Below are positions 62,580-64,000 of a stretch of DNA of 64,000 nucleotides, in pieces. The DNA is from Candidatus Coprenecus merdipullorum (GTDB lineage Bacteria > Bacteroidota > Bacteroidia > Bacteroidales > UBA932), in assembly GCA_019118865.1 (NCBI GenBank), contig DWYD01000181.1:431-64430 (forward strand), in the 5' to 3' direction. Within the stretch, counting starts at the first letter, position 1, and each line of letters opens with the position of its first letter. The notes beneath the pieces are model-generated. The model saw only the letters and a program-made list of their open reading frames with translations, searched no databases and was not told the DNA's origin. A program made the translations under genes and the position numbers.

Positions 62580-63584
62580 TCACTCCAGAAGCATATTGCA
62601 CCCCCTACGCTCGGAGCCCTGAAGGCGGCCGTCGATGGTGAATGATCCGTCAGGCCAGGCGCGGCCGGTGTCCTCTGTCTCGATGAACGAGCAGGAATTC
62701 CTGTTGGCCAGGTCGATGATGTGGATGATGCCCCTCTCACCGGGGGCTGACTCCATGAAAGGGTCGTTGATGTCGCGGATGATGACTTTCATCCACGCGG
62801 GAGCACGGAAGATACCGTTGCCGGCTGAATAGGCCTGGGACAACAGCTCGCACATACCGTATTCCGAATGGACGGCACTGATGCCGAAGCCCGCACTCAG
62901 GCGGTGGTGCAGCTCTTCCCGGGTAAGCTCCTCGCGGCGGCCCTTCATCCCTCCGGTCTCCATGACTGTGAGCCAGGAGTCATTCGGACCTTCCAATCTA
63001 TATTTTTCCGTAAAATCCAGGAGGGCGAAAGCCACTCCCAGCAGCAGGGTCTTCTGCCCCCTCCCCCGCAGCTCCGCCAAAGTGCTGTAGAGGCGGTCGT
63101 GGTCGTAAAGATAATAACCGCTCTCCGGGCGGCCGCTCTCCCGTATCAGACGGTCCGCCATATAGACCAGGGAAGAGCCCTCACGCTCCAGATAAGCGGG
63201 CAGCAGGGCCAGGATGACATAATCCTCCGGTGCCCCGTAAAAATGCCGGAAACCGGCTAAAAAGCTCTTTTCGTATAGGCTCACATCCGTCACGCAATGG
63301 CGCGAGGGTGTCTGGCCGGTGGTAGAGCTGCTGAAAAAAATCTTCTGCGGCGCCACGGGCTGCGGCTCCGCAGAAGATATGATGTCGTACTGCTTGAAGA
63401 AACGGATGGGCAGGAAGGGGATATCCGCGATGTCCCGTACTCTGTCAGGAGCGGCCTCAAGCAGGTCGGCATACTGACGGTACTGAGGGCAGAGGGCATA
63501 CTGACGGCGGAATGTATCCAGGGCGCAGGCCGTGAAAGCCTCCGAAGTGTCAATCCCGAAAATACGCTCTTCCGTGTCTCCCAT
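62580..63584 (-). CDS. LuxE/PaaK-like acyl-protein synthetase family protein
   Basis: IADIPFLPIRFFKQYDI, SSSTTGQTPSRH and TGGMKGRREE resemble the LuxE-type adenylating family (recollection). Confidence 0.65.
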   Translation of the reverse strand: MGDTEERIFGIDTSEAFTACALDTFRRQYALCPQYRQYADLLEAAPDRVRDIADIPFLPIRFFKQYDIISSAEPQPVAPQKIFFSSSTTGQTPSRHCVTDVSLYEKSFLAGFRHFYGAPEDYVILALLPAYLEREGSSLVYMADRLIRESGRPESGYYLYDHDRLYSTLAELRGRGQKTLLLGVAFALLDFTEKYRLEGPNDSWLTVMETGGMKGRREELTREELHHRLSAGFGISAVHSEYGMCELLSQAYSAGNGIFRAPAWMKVIIRDINDPFMESAPGERGIIHIIDLANRNSCSFIETEDTGRAWPDGSFTIDGRLQGSERRGCNMLLE

Positions 63585-63603
63585 TTCCTCTCACTTTTCA
63601 GGA

Positions 63604-64000
63604 TTATCTGTCGGCCCTTTCGAGCTCGATGGTGAAGTGCCTCATGATGGGCAGCTCCTTTACGATCCTGTAACCGCGGGTGATGGACTCGCGGCGGTCG
63701 TAGACGTTCTTGGCTGCGGCTGCGATGTAATCCATGTGGTTGTTGGTGTACACCCTGCGGGGGATGGCCAGACGGAGCAGTTCGAGGGCGGGATAACGGT
63801 TCTCGCGGGTGACGGGGTCGCGGTCAGCGAGCAGCGAGCCGATCTCCACGCCGCGGATACCGGCCTCGAGGTAAAGCTCGATACCGAGGGTCTGGGCGAT
63901 AAACTCCTCCTTGGGAAGATGAGTCAGGATCTTCTTGGCGTCGAGGAAGATGGCGTGTCCACCGGCAGGTCTCTGATAGGGCACTCCGTACTCGTCCAGC
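63604..64000 (-). CDS. tnaA: Tryptophanase / beta-eliminating lyase, C-terminal part (5' end outside the window)
   Basis: GGHAIFLDAKKILTHLPKEEFIAQTLGIELYLEAGIRGVEIGS...LRLAIPRRVYTNNHMDY...LRHFTIELE. The frame stays open to the window edge. Confidence 0.88.
   Translation of the reverse strand, partial: LDEYGVPYQRPAGGHAIFLDAKKILTHLPKEEFIAQTLGIELYLEAGIRGVEIGSLLADRDPVTRENRYPALELLRLAIPRRVYTNNHMDYIAAAAKNVYDRRESITRGYRIVKELPIMRHFTIELERADR

Overview
This is a 64-kb chromosomal segment that looks Bacteroidota (Bacteroidales-like). Evidence for that assignment: lipoprotein-rich gene content, BACON, DUF2723, S46-peptidase and 6-bladed-propeller families, and a recurring TAnnTTTG -7 promoter box 13-50 nt upstream of many start codons. 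By eye the bulk is about 55-60% GC.

Most of the window is densely packed housekeeping:
- secG-lptE with a sigma-54 activator
- ppk1-ppx
- lepA
- split transketolase
- an ECF sigma cluster
- a lolD-like ABC ATPase
- an EF-G paralog
- rnhB
- aspS
- mrp/apbC
- an S46 dipeptidyl-peptidase
- glycerate kinase
- uvrC
- rnpA-yidD
- a SUI1-family factor
- partial tnaA

I found no rRNA, tRNA, CRISPR array, transposase or integrase.

Observations worth a second look:
1. A strongly AT-rich patch (about 44.7-46.5 kb). It carries a small secreted protein and the C-terminal two thirds of a transmembrane TPR/LuxR-type regulator, followed by BACON-lipoprotein and small beta-barrel genes.
2. A PiT transporter with a long helical C-terminal domain, in an operon with an OmpR-type response regulator and a histidine kinase that has no membrane segment.
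3. An EF-G paralog whose switch-II histidine is replaced (DTPGADDF).
4. A fused PlsC-like/OlsB-like (OlsF-type) acyltransferase.
5. A split Aas-like acyl-activating enzyme plus acyltransferase pair.
6. Three paralogous 6-bladed beta-propeller lipoproteins.
7. A 1000-aa HExxH / propeller / beta-barrel protein.
8. Three disrupted genes: two frameshifts at G/C runs and one in-frame TAG.
9. Several structured intergenic elements.

All family assignments come from motif recognition by eye. No database search was run.
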